A stretch of DNA of 64,000 nt, from contig OX597814.1 of NCBI GenBank assembly GCA_951406725.2, positions 138,384,001 to 138,448,000 of the forward strand. The letters run 5' to 3'. The DNA is from Octopus vulgaris. Taxonomy: Eukaryota. How positions within the stretch are numbered: the stretch's first letter is position 1; the number at the start of each line of letters is the position of its first letter. A program made the translations under genes and the position numbers. Below the pieces are notes generated by a model. It did no database searches. It was not told the DNA's origin and saw nothing but the letters and a program-made list of their open reading frames with translations. Shown one piece after another: positions 39,262 through 53,053 of the stretch.

Positions 39262-40130
39262 TTATTTTCGCCTAATTGAAAGGGTTTTACGTAGGATGTG
39301 TGTAGTGCCTAGTAGTACTATTTTCTGTATTTTATATATACTTGTAAGTCCTGGTGTTTTTCTTATGTATTTGTCTGAATGTTCTTTTATCATACCCAAT
39401 GCACCTACTATGATAGGAATTATTTCTGTTTTTAGGCTCCACAATCGAGTTACCACTATTTACCAATCTTTATATTTTGAAAGTTTACCCGTTTCTTTTT
39501 GAGAAACATTGTCATCTGCTGGTATTGATACATCGATTAGAAAGCATTTTATCTTCGTGATCTTTGACAACTATATCCTGTGATTTGGCCTTAATTTCTC
39601 TATCTGTGTGTATTGGCATATCCCAGAGTATGGTTGCTTTCTCGTTTTCTGTGATCTTTTCTGGCGTGTGCCTATACCATCTTTTTTCTGTTGTTATTCC
39701 ATAGTGTTTTCATAGTTTCCAGTATATATAGGTCCCAACTCTGTCGTGTCTGTGAATATATTTCTTCTGTGTCAGAGAAATATGATTTATTGTTTCTTCT
39801 CCATTTCCATATATTCTGCAGTTATTTGTATTTATTTTCATTACATGTTTTTGATGATTTCTGGCTTTGATCTTGTGTTGCAGTCAAACATCTTTCAGTC
39901 TCTGCTTTGAGTCGTGAGCTTCTCAGCCATTGTTGAGATTTTGCTTTGTCTATTTCTTTTCTGTTTAATTCAACCCAATATTTGCCACAAAAGAGTTTTT
40001 CTTGCCATCGTTTTATCATGATCCGTTGATGTTCCAGTTTTAGTTTGGATTTCAGTTGTTTTTAACAGCTTTTGTTGTTTCTTCTTTTCCTTCATAGTTG
40101 TTAGGTGCTATAACTTCTTTTTTTGTATTT
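39262..40130 (-). mobile_element. R4/Dong-like LINE 3' fragment
   Basis: WQEKLFCGKY...SQQWLRSSRLKAETE...QDQ and RLWSLKTEIIPIIVGALG...IQKIVLLGTTHILRKTL*. Confidence 0.85.
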
Positions 40131-43100
40131 GTCTGCTTCCTTAAAGGCCGAAAACAGTTTTTTGTTTTGTTCGTGTATTGTGGCTATATTCATTTATTTA
40201 ATTCTCCCCTCTCTCTCTCACTCTGTCTCTATGTGTATATTTATGCCCGCGTGTATGTGCTGCCCCCAGTCCCAAAAAGTACTGTCGCTAAAGCAGGTTC
40301 TATATCCAGTCTGCCGTGACAAATACACAACCCCATGTCCCAAAAGCGGTGTTAAACCGTCTCGTCTCGATTTAGCCGCAGGTTATTTGGGAGGTAAAGC
40401 AGCTGGGGGCGAATTGTCAAAATCGTTAGTGTTTAATAAAATACCTCGATCCAGTTTTCTGATTTCAGATTCTGCTTCTGTCAACTTTGCTTTAAAGGTA
40501 TCGGAGTGGTGGCAGAATAGGGGTAGGGAGGATGGGGTGGGGTTTGGAAAATGCCTCGTAGTATATTCTGTAGCTCTTTACTTTCTGTTTTCAAATCCTG
40601 CCAAGATCAATCTCACCTTTCATCACTCTGGAATTGATCAAATAAAGTGTCAGTGAAGTACACGGCTCGAGTCAATCGACTAACCGTACCCCGCCACCGC
40701 AAAATTATTGAAATTATTACTTAGTCGCAAGTCAGCCCAGACCAAACAAACTCACAATGAGAAGCATTCTGGTCGCCAACGTCTAATTTTATTTTCAGGC
40801 ATAATATATCCAAATCTATATCATCGAAAGCATTCTTCTCCTTTATGTATTTCGATATGATTTCAAGATGATTCAGCTACATCTCCAACAGGTTAATAAA
40901 CAGCGAAGAAGCTTCCTCATTTACTCCATCAATAATATATATATATATTTTAGGGTAGAGACAGGCCGATGACTCAGAAGATTTAGAGCTTCATTAATGT
41001 CTAAGGCTGGGCATATGTTCTCACGCTCTTTTGTTATCAAATCCCCGTCATGTAAATTTTGCTTTAATTATGTTGGGAGTTTGTTTTCCTTTTTAACTGA
41101 TAAAAATTGTCCCAAACCTGCTGTATGTTACAACACTGTTCCTACAATTAAATCAGGATCCAAAGCAAGTTTTAGGGGCTCAACTCCGAATGCATGGAAG
41201 TTCTGGGTTTCCCAAGTCCTCTATATATCTAGACGAAGCTCACATCCTCCTGGACATATCACTTCATTTATCGAGTCCAAATAAAAGAAAGGTAAAGTGA
41301 CTCGAGAATGATTGAAAGTTCGAATGCAGAGTTAAATCGAATACCAGAAGGAAATCTATCAGATACTCCAATTCCGTCTACTCGATATTCTTCCGACAAT
41401 TCCTGTTGTCAAACTGGCGCCAAATGTACTACCCAGCATTCCTCTGGATTAGACCAACGATACCGAAAGGAATGGACTCCGTCACGTCTAAATGCCAAAG
41501 ACACGTCGTATGTCACGACGGTGCTGTTACAACTCTATTAGAACTTGAAGACCTAAAGCAAAGCAAATCAGACAGTCATAGCGACTTCACCTCGAACATA
41601 TGGAGGTTCTGCGCAGCTAAGGACCTCCATTCATTCAGCACAGGCTTGCATTCTGCAGAGATCACTTCAGTGGCATTATGAAAAGCGGCAACAATAGCAC
41701 AAGAGCTAGTTGCCCTTTCTATGTTAGGTTAAACCTTTATTAACCTGTGGTAAAAAATCTCCTTGTCTCTCTAGACAGATACCAAAGAAAGAAAGACTCT
41801 TGTGAAAAATAATGTGAAATGTAGTAAGACTTAAATATCCATTAAAAAGTCATAACAAAATTTGTTGTAGAGAAGTTATTACAAAACGTTACAGAACATA
41901 TTAATCATGTTCGTATGAAATAGTTCAATAGTCTCTAACGTTTTTTATAGGAAACTATCCAACATTAAAGATAACTTGTGAAAACATAATCACCCAATAA
42001 TCAATAATTCTAAACAATCAGTCCAATATATCATTGTATTTGTATCGGTTTCAATTGATATTTCATATTTTTATCGGAAAAAAAGAACAAGACATTTAAC
42101 ATGATTAGCCTTACACACGTTCATAGAAGTAGCAGATCAGTATCCAATTTTCTTATTACTAACTGTTTGATATCTTCTCGGATATAGATTTCCTATAAAT
42201 TCTAATTTGCATATGGGACTCTTAACAACAACAGATGGACTTCTACATCCCTTCCCACTCCATCACATCCACACATTTTTGTTATGTTTGAAGGTTTGAT
42301 TTGTTTTAATTTTTTCGTTTCTTTTCTTTTATTTTTTTTATGTCTTCACTTATTAAATCGGTTAAAATATTGCTGAGCAATAATTTTGAAATCTTCCAGA
42401 AAAGTAGAGGAAATTCAGCATTCTTAATAGAATTAACAAATTTGTGTTTGATCAATTCTAACAACAAATCATTTGACTTGTGATCTCAGGATTTTAAATG
42501 ATAAATATCAATATAATAAGAAACGACTAGTTAAAATCGATCCCAAATCAATCCTATAAGTTACATAATAGGAATTTAAGAAAGGGAGAATTTAAATGCA
42601 TATATCATCAAGCTATAATAAAACTCCAAATCTTCAATAAGTATCAACGAAGCTCTAAATTAGCATTAGATATTAATGAAATACTAAAGAAAGACTTGGC
42701 GGGATCCATCCCTCTCCAGATCTGATTAGAATCAGACCTGGTGAGGGATGGGCTCCACAGATCTGAAAATACCCAAGACTCGTCGTATGTCATTACAATG
42801 ACCCTACGAATTGAAGACCTAAGCCAAAGATTTGATAAGGTAGATGGATTATAGGCTCTACTCTCTAGTTTATTCCTGACGCAAGGCAGTGAGGTTATTT
42901 ACCCATAACAAGAAATCAGTAATTCAGGACAGTGGTTCATATTAGACACCGTTTTAAATGTGCGCCATCTTTGATTTCCAATGTGTGATGCTGATCCCAA
43001 ACAATATATACTTCTACATTTGAAATATTCATCACAAGGTTATCCGGACAGTTGTCTGGACAGAGTGTGAATCAATCTATACCATTAATAATAATGAAAC

Positions 43101-43657
43101 GATACATACCTGTTAGCATTGAATCTTCATCTTCAGTCAGATCATTGGTTGAACTAGTTTCCAAAATGTATGTCAACAAATATACATATCTTGATGCAAG
43201 AATTGAGAATCTCACTTAAAACGATTTATGACCAAAATTTTCCCCCACTGCAATGCAGTACAACAAAAACCGGTCCTTATATGTCTGTATGCTGCTTTTA
43301 GAACTTTACATTTTTCTTGAGTGATATCTTCCGTTGAAATTTTTATTTAGGGCAAAGAAACTTTTTTGCTTGATTGGAATTTTATAAGAGAAGTCATTTT
43401 GTTAAACACTTCTGTCTTGAAGATAGCATTTGTTCTTGTCTCTTGGTTCTAAAATACGGACAGAGGATGCAATAGTCTCAACATCGCATTATTTATTGTC
43501 TATTGTCAGCTAGTCAACATTGGGTTTCTCGAAGACATCCAACTGGCCTGTCGACATTGTTGTTTTCTTGAGCAAGACACTTCATTTCCCGTTGCTCCAG
43601 TCCACTCAGCTGGCAAAAATTAGTAATACCTGTATTTCGAAGGGCCAGCCTTGTCAC

Positions 43658-43868
43658 ATTTGATCTGAGATCATGTGTTGAAACTAAAGCAATTACAGCG
43701 TGAAATACACAATCATTGAAAGACACACAAAAGCTGTTAACCTCACTGATGGAGTTCCACTGAAATAGTAAATGTTTAAGTGAGGTTAACAGTTTTTGTG
43801 TGTCTTTCAATGATTGTGTATTTCACACTGTAATTGCTTTAGTTTCAACACATGATCTCAGATCAAAT
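43658..43868. mobile_element. Near-perfect foldback element with arms of about 88 bp
   Basis: ATTTGATCTGAGATCATGTGTTG...GTTAACCTCAC / GTGAGGTTAAC...CAACACATGATCTCAGATCAAAT. Confidence 0.85.
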
Positions 43869-44376
43869 CACCACTTGCCAGACAAGACCATCTCACAAAC
43901 AGATTTTGCATCCTCATAAATGTTCTTTCTTCACCATGGGGCTGGACAAATTTGCAAGTCTAAAACTATTTAATTTCATAAAGATGGCGATTTGTTTGAC
44001 AACCTCTTCAATCCTTACAAACCCCTCTCCTATGAGAAACATCACTCTGGGTCAACATGCTTTTTATTGGGCTCTGATCATTGCCAACTCAGGGTAAAAT
44101 CGTAATATAGTTCCGATTCTTTTAATATAATTCCATGTAGTAAACTTTTACATGAGTTTGAAATAGAAATCTAATTTAAACAAGTTCGACTTTTCACTAG
44201 TTGCAGATTCATTAAGGTTAGCCACCAAATTAGAATAGTAACCGACCCATTCAGCCGGAGATAGTTGCAATCATATTAATTCAGCCGATGGGGGAACAAA
44301 TTATCGGATTCACGAATGACAAGCATTGTTGAGATATTTATTTAAATAACATTTTATGATACAGCAATTAGAAAAA

Positions 44377-44436
<60 letters not shown>

Positions 44437-44649
44437 TAGGCGGCGAGCTGGTAGAAACGTTAGCGCGCCGGGCGTAATGCTTAGTGGTATTTCGCCTGTC
44501 GTTACGTTCTGAGTTCAAATTCCGCCGAGGTCGACTTTGCCTTTCATCCTTTCAGGGTCGATAAATAAAGTACCAGTTACGCACTGGGGTCGATGTAATC
44601 GACTTAATCCGTTTGTCTCTCTATGTTTAGCCCCTTGTGGGCAGTAAAG

Positions 44650-44689
<40 letters not shown>

Positions 44690-44741
44690 TCATATACGTA
44701 TGTATATGCATACATATTTACACACATGCATACACACATAC

Positions 44742-44803
<62 letters not shown>

Positions 44804-45193
44804 CATGAATGAATAGATTTCAAAATAGGAATAAAGATTAGGAAAACTAATTTTGTTTTTCATAATTGCATTTTATTTTTCTTTCGCAACTAATGTTAAT
44901 ATAGTTGTACTTCACTTACATAAATATATTTATTTTAGATTTATTAAAGTAGTACAGACATATGAGTGACGAAATAGATATGCGCATACTCATACAAAAT
45001 ATATCCACACTAGCCATACTGCTCTAGTCTAGTTCTCTATGGATATTTGTAGACTCGTTTTAAAATACATGTTTTTGGTATTTACACTCTCTTTCACATA
45101 CTCTCTTCTTTCCATTTTCATTCTTCTTGTTATGATATATATATATATATATATATACATAATACATATATGTATACATACATACACACACAC

Positions 45194-45226
<33 letters not shown>

Positions 45227-45726
45227 TATATATAAAGGTATATGTATATGTATATATTTTTATCCAAATACATATACACTTATGCATATATATATACATA
45301 TATTTACAGACACACACACACATATATATACATATATACATACATACACATATATATATATATATTTATACTTTTAATATATATATATACACTTTTAATT
45401 AAAATATATATATACATACATATATATATAAGTGCAAATATATATGTGTGTATATATAATACATATATATAAGTGCACATACATACATGCATACATACAT
45501 ACGTACACACACAGACACAGACACACACACACACACATATATATATATGTATACATACTTACATCACATATAGATTTACACAAACATAAATACACATGAA
45601 TTTATGTTTGTGCATGTATTTGTCTACTCATGGATTGTACTGGTAAGTTATTTTCAAACGGCATACATAAAACATATATATACATAGATACAAGCACATA
45701 CATACATACATACATACATACATACA

Positions 45727-45760
<34 letters not shown>

Positions 45761-46009
45761 CATACATACAGACATACATACATATATACACACATATATT
45801 TATATACATAGATATAGATATATATAAATACGTATATATATATATACATATATATACACACATAATATATATATAGCTATAAATTACATATATACGCACA
45901 TATATATGAAAATGTATGTATGTGTGTGCATGCGTATGCGTTTGTGTGGTAGAATACACTTGTGCATCACGTAAACTGAAAATAAAATAAAACTTAGAAA
46001 TGGAGATAG

Positions 46010-46043
<34 letters not shown>

Positions 46044-47087
46044 AGGGAGGGAGGGAGAGTGTGTGTGTGAGAGAGAAGAGATGGCCGAACTAGAGGCCCT
46101 ATAGGATGATAGCAACAACAACAACAATAATAACAACAACAGCAACAACGCTGACTTGCTCATGATACACAGGTACTCTGCGCAAATACAGTCCAACGAC
46201 TTAAACGAGTTATGCGCCTCTGCATTTTATTTTCGAGATAAATTCCAAGAAACACCAGGAACAAAATCTTATTTCAAAATTGATTTTTATAACTACCTAT
46301 GGTGTCATTTACAGTGAGTTCTCTTTAAGCCATGTAATTATTACCGTATAGGGAATGCATGCGAACCACTATGATCATTATGATCACATCCTTATAAGGC
46401 GGCGAGCTGGCAGAATCATTAACACGCCGGTCAAAATGCTTAGTGGCATTTCACCCATCTTTACGTTCTGCGTTCAAACTCTACCGAGGTCGACTTTGCA
46501 TTTTACCCTTTCGGGGTCGATAAAATTGGTACCAATTGAACACTGGAATCGATGTAATCGACTTACTTCATCTCTCGAAAATGCTGGCCTTCTGCCAAAA
46601 TTTGATGCCATTATGATCACCTCCTTTACAGTTGGTTAATATTTTATAATTAAAGATAGCAATGAATGGATGATCAGTTCTCATGGCTTTAGTGGGTGGT
46701 GATATCCAACTCTTTCATACTGACGTTAGAGGAGTAAATAAAATTGCTTTGCGAATCGAACCTAGGTCACATTAGACTTTGCGCAACAGCTTATTATTTC
46801 CTACGCCATGGCCATTGTCACATATAACTCTATGTAACACCTCCATAACCAGAGGAAGTTCTACAGGGTCATATGGCCATCTCCAGCCCTGCAGCTTCAT
46901 GTAAATATAATTATCATCTAACATTTATTTCAATTTTACGCTTTTTGCAAATTAGATGGATAATAGTGGATTCATTTTGATGAACGAGAATCCCATCCTT
47001 GCTTAGAATCCTGGCTACGGCCATATAAAACGGTATTAGATTGCAGAACGCCAAATATATTGGGTATTCTACAATATATACATACAT

Positions 47088-47159
<72 letters not shown>

Positions 47160-47233
47160 GTATATGTATATATGTATATATATATATAATGATAAATCTC
47201 AGAGCGAGTTATAAACAGTAGCAGCAACACATC

Positions 47234-47350
47234 GTGACGTATATTTGCCATTTGAATATGGCTAACCCCTAAGGGTGGATGCTAGGCTACAAACTACAGT
47301 AGCATCCACTCTTAGGGATTAGCCATATTCAAATGGCAAATATACGTCAC
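47234..47350. repeat. (TA)n-embedded foldback element with arms of about 50 bp
   Basis: GTGACGTATATTTGCCATTTGAATATGGCTAA... / ...TTAGCCATATTCAAATGGCAAATATACGTCAC. Confidence 0.85.
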
Positions 47351-47365
47351 TATATATATATACAT

Positions 47366-47402
<37 letters not shown>

Positions 47403-47453
47403 CATATAGATATGTCCCTGTGGCTACCCAAAGGAATCATCATCATCATCAGC

Positions 47454-47521
<68 letters not shown>

Positions 47522-48295
47522 GAAAGAGCTTAACTAATCGAGAGCTATACTACGTGTTGAACTTCATACGACGCAAATACACACACACACACACACACAC
47601 ATTCATGACCAATAACACTCAAACAGCTCGTATATATCAGGTACAGCGCATCGCTGTAACCAACGGTGACACTGAGTAACTGGCAAGACTTCAGTAATTA
47701 TCTTGCTGAACATTAAGCTCAACTCCCCTTTCAGACCGAAAGATTGTAACGGAAATTTATTGCACTCCGTAGATATTTCATATATATATAGCCATCAAAT
47801 GTTAATTTCACTCTTGATTTATCGTTTCATATCAGTTATAATTCATGTTGTCTGGCAAGTTATGCCATCTATTTCGTTTTACATTCTTTTCGTTTTACAT
47901 TCTTTTCTTTTTACATTCTTTTCGTTTTACATTCTTCATTTTACTTTTAGTCTGTTCTTTTGCTTTGCGTTTTGCATTTTGAGTTCAATACAAGAAAGTC
48001 ATTAGAGGTTGAAGAAGAGAGAAACAACCTTCCAAACTAAGGGCACTAATGCTAATATCCTATCATCTGCATATACTCTTTACTCTTTTACTCTTTTACT
48101 TGTTTCAGTCATTTTGACTGCGGCCATGCTGGAGCACCGCCTTTTTTAGTCGAGCAAATCGACCCCGGGACTTATTCTTTGTAAGCCCAGTACTTATTCT
48201 ATCGGTCACACTTGCCGAACCGCTAAGTGACGGGGACGTAAACACACCAGCATCGGTTGTCAAGCAATGCTAGGGGGACAAACACAGACACACAA

Positions 48296-48326
<31 letters not shown>

Positions 48327-49287
48327 CATATATACGACAGGCTTCTTTCAGTTTCCGTCTACCAAATCCACTCACAAGGCATTGGTCGGCCCGGGGCTAT
48401 AGCAGAAGACACTTGCCCAAGATGCCACGCAGTGGGACTGAACCCGGAACAATGTGATTGGTTAGCAAGCTACTTACCACACAGCCACTCCTGCGCCTTA
48501 TGTGTACATAATGGAAAGATTGCTAGTTACTATAAGGCCACAATTACTACATGTGTATTTGATGTTATCATACGATAAGTCAAGTATGTAGGATGATCAA
48601 CAAGTGGAACATGCTTCGATATAAAACAAATAAAATTGCATGTGTATGCGTCAGTACAAGTGGTTGTTTTTCCTGCGTGTGTGTGTGGTACTGCCTGTAT
48701 AGCGTTATCCAGTACACCATATTGAATTAATGTTTCTCCCTTTATCAAATTAGGTGAATATGCTTTATATGATGGTGATTTATCTGTAAAATGGGCGCCA
48801 TGGCTATGAAGACCGAATCGCTCAGTTCTACAAGCAATGAATATTGATATACTTAATTTCAAAAAGAAAGGAGCAAGAAATCTAACGAAATTTAATGGAT
48901 TCAAGCCCCTCCATACGGCCTGTGGGTCATTTTCGATTTCAGATTATTAGTTCAAATGGGTATAATCTTTAATATCGTATACATTCAAAATCAATGATCT
49001 TAATTCATAATTTGCGCATACTTTCTCGTCAAAAATATCAAAACCTTGGGGATATGTCTTTCCCTATTGGACTTTAATAAAAATACTAGGCATTTGACGA
49101 ATTATATAGGTGACATGCTTGTGGAGTTGAAAAATTGATGTGAGTCTGTATATATGTATATATCACCGTGATCACCGTGACCAACCAGGCTATCAGATGT
49201 TGCTACACATCGCTGGTCACAATGTGCTTCGCATTATTTTAGCTTTCAAATGACGCTACCCTGCTGGCTAAGCGATCAGGCCAATAA

Positions 49288-49321
<34 letters not shown>

Positions 49322-49636
49322 ATATATATATATGCATAAATGCATTTACACATGCATATATATATATGTATATATATGCACCTCACCTATATATGTATAT
49401 ATATACATATATATACACACACAAACACACACACAAATATATATATATATATATGTATGTATACATATCTATATATAACTAAATTGAGTATTAAAGGATG
49501 ACATATTTTCAGTATAGTGTAATTAGCCATGCATTTACCCGACCGTCATGAAGTATATATAGTTCGAATCCTTGTAGTGGGTGTCTTGTCCTTATTCGAA
49601 CAGAAGTCAGCGTTGGATAAAGGGTATGGTCTAATG

Positions 49637-49720
49637 CAGTGGTTTCCAACCTGGGGTCCGCGGACCCCTGGTGTTCCACAAAGGTAGTACTGGGGGTCAG
49701 TGGACTAAATTCAAAAATTC
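49637..49720 (+). mobile_element. hAT/Charlie-like MITE left end
   Basis: Terminus CAGTGGTTTCCAACCTGGGGTCCGCGGACCCC. Confidence 0.5.
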
Positions 49721-49727
49721 ATATACA

Positions 49728-49933
49728 CAGGGTGTCCCAGAAGTTACGCACCACCGTGGTTTTTTAAAAGAATACACCCTTATTGATTTCAAAAACACTT
49801 TATTGAAATCAATCGTAACAAATGCTCAAATTGAGCACCCTCTACAATAAAACATGCTGAAAAAATATAATAAAATAAAATGCTTCAATTATTTTTGATG
49901 AAAACCAGAATGGTGCGCGACTTCTGGGACACC

Positions 49934-49936
<3 letters not shown>
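49728..49936. mobile_element. Tc1/mariner-type MITE
   Basis: TIRs CAGGGTGTCCCAGAAGT..CGCACCA / TGGTGCG..ACTTCTGGGACACCCTG followed by TA. Confidence 0.8.
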
Positions 49937-49970
<34 letters not shown>

Positions 49971-49971
<1 letters not shown>

Positions 49972-50145
49972 TTTATTTAAAAGCAGCAGAAATTCAACAA
50001 AACCTGTTACTCGGAGTTTCACGTTCCCGTTCGTCGGATTGTTTTGTTAAATTTCTGCTGCTTTTAAATAAAGCATATTACTCTACCCCTGGTAATTGAG
50101 TATATTTTTTTCCACCTTGTTTCACATTTATGTGTTTACTCCGTT
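49971..50145. mobile_element. (TA)n-embedded foldback element with a decayed hammerhead core
   Basis: Arms 49971-50003 and 50041-50073; the minus-strand loop reads CCGACGA-ACGggaaCGT-GAAA-CTCcGAGT-A. Confidence 0.7.
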
Positions 50146-50867
50146 ATATATATATATCAATATAAGGATACACATATTATAAGAGGTATGTGAAAGAACT
50201 CATATAAATATAAGGGTCGTGAATCATTGTTGAGAACCACTTTGAAACGATTGGGAATCACCTGTCTAATCTTCGATATCATTTATTATATAAAACTCGG
50301 CTGCAAAATTATTATGTATATGAACGTACGCAAACGCACACACACACACACACATACAAACCTTTCCTTTTTCACAACGAAAAGGACAAGGTCCACGTGT
50401 TTTATTGTATGATCGATTATTTGATATACTCGGCTGCTGTTTTACGTGTCACTACTCAAAGTTTCATGTAGTCTACGTTTCGTTAAGAGACAAATTTCTC
50501 AAGAAATATTTTCTCTAACCCAGAGTGAATATATATATATAGTGCTAAATCTATCTTCCGTTTCCTTCAATTATCGTCATTTATTACACACACACGTAAC
50601 AGAAAGACTAAATACACTTTGTCATGTATGTAATTAGAATGGTACCTCTTCATTTTTAATCTCTCATACCTGTCTGTCTCTGTCTCTGTCTCTCTCTCTA
50701 TTCGTACCTACCTCTGTGTATGAATGTAGATAAGCGCATATTATGCCATATATAAGTTATCTACGTAAAATACATTTATATGTATTATAGGGTATTTGCA
50801 GCTCACATAGATATTGAACATAAATGTGAAATGTTTGTCCTCTCTCTCGCATATATATTGTATATAT

Positions 50868-50916
<49 letters not shown>

Positions 50917-50995
50917 GCACACGCACACACATAAAGACGCACATATATTTAAATACATTTGTAAATGTAATATGTGACAATTATTCAGTAACGAT

Positions 50996-51044
50996 GATAA
51001 AACGCCGTGTTTCGGATGCCCACGTCGACATCTCTTCAGTTATC
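50996..51044 (-). ncRNA. Minimal type I hammerhead motif
   Basis: GATAA-CTGAAGA-GATGTCgacgtgGGCATCc-GAAA-CacggcGT-T-TTATC. Confidence 0.55.
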
Positions 51045-51065
51045 CGGATTTTTTTCCGATGGTCG

Positions 51066-51114
51066 GATAACTGAAGAGGTCGCGGCATGGGCATCCGAAA
51101 CTCGGAGTTTTATC
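51066..51114 (+). ncRNA. Minimal type I hammerhead motif
   Basis: GATAA-CTGAAGA-GG...CC-GAAA-CTCgGAGT-T-TTATC; stem III is quasi-palindromic. Confidence 0.6.
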
Positions 51115-51235
51115 ATCGCTCCCGAATAATTGTAACATATTACATTTACAGATAAATTCCTGTATTTACATAATATCGAGGTCTCTTTCATTCTTTTGTT
51201 ATCTTATCATTTTTATCAATATATTTAAATATATG

Positions 51236-51305
<70 letters not shown>

Positions 51306-51394
51306 TATGGCACAACGATATATTTACTTCTATGTATAATTTTCCCTCACGGGCTATTCTTTACTGGAAACGCAATACTCTCGTATTGCATTAC

Positions 51395-51453
<59 letters not shown>

Positions 51454-51646
51454 CAAAATGCATTGTAAACACCATTCCACACTAACATTTCCACATGTCT
51501 GCTAATGTAACGAAGCATATGTACAAGCGCCACATAAAATATACATACATATAATCATAATTTGATATATTAAACCACACACACAAGACAAACGCATATA
51601 CAATTCATAGATGTACAAACAAGTTCAAATAAGTCATCTATATACA

Positions 51647-51690
<44 letters not shown>

Positions 51691-51920
51691 CACACACACG
51701 CACATACACACACATATATAATTCAACTCAAACATGCATACAATAAAAAAAAACAACGCACATATTACATAACTAACATTTTAATGTATCAATAGTAACT
51801 TTTATAAAGATATTTTTATAACATTTTTGCGTTATACATTTATCTAACATGTTTGTTGATTATTCTCCACGCTACACTTTCATTAGAAAAATTACACAGA
51901 AAGAAATATGTTATTACAAA

Positions 51921-51961
<41 letters not shown>

Positions 51962-52068
51962 ATATCTATATAAGTATATGGACACAAACACATATTTACA
52001 TGGATGCATATATACATATAAATACGCATACACACACACACATATATATATATGTGCGTATGTGTGTG

Positions 52069-52110
<42 letters not shown>

Positions 52111-52345
52111 GTATGTATGTGTGTGTGCATGTTTGCCTGTATACTTCCCACATTCTCTGCAATTTCTCTCACTCTCTGTTTCTCCTTCTCTCTCTCTCTC
52201 TCCATCTCACACTCTCTGTATTCTTCTTTCTGACTATGTTCCTACCTTATATGTTTAAATACAGATTGGAATGAAGAATAAAGAGTAGAAAATCCTCATA
52301 CACATACAAAACAAAGGCAAATAAACATCTTAACATCTTCACATG

Positions 52346-52391
<46 letters not shown>

Positions 52392-52415
52392 TATATATAT
52401 GTATGTATGCATATA

Positions 52416-52483
<68 letters not shown>

Positions 52484-52742
52484 TGCAAATACATTCACAT
52501 ATATAGATACATACATATATATACATATATATGCATATATATATGTATGAATGTATTGATATACTATGTGTGTATGTTTCCTGTATATGGGCATCCATAT
52601 AATGATTTGTAAGCACATAGCTACATATGCATATATATACCCACTGAAATACCTACACAAACGAATAGACATACAACTATGAATGTGCATATACCGCAAT
52701 CTAATACATGGCGAATGAATATTCTTCATATATATATATGTA

Positions 52743-52789
<47 letters not shown>

Positions 52790-52804
52790 AATATAAGAGA
52801 GTGG

Positions 52805-52867
<63 letters not shown>

Positions 52868-53009
52868 CATAGATAGACAAATAGATGCACACACACATAT
52901 ATATACATATATTCATCTATATGTATGTCTATATATATGCGTGTATATATATCTATACTCACACATATATGTATACCTAAATACATTATATATATATATG
53001 TATATATAT

Positions 53010-53053
<44 letters not shown>

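Larger units (their letters stand above)
50960..51150. mobile_element. Foldback element carrying two inverted hammerhead motifs
   Basis: Arms of about 85 bp; hammerhead motifs at 51066-51114 (+) and 50996-51044 (-). Confidence 0.8.
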
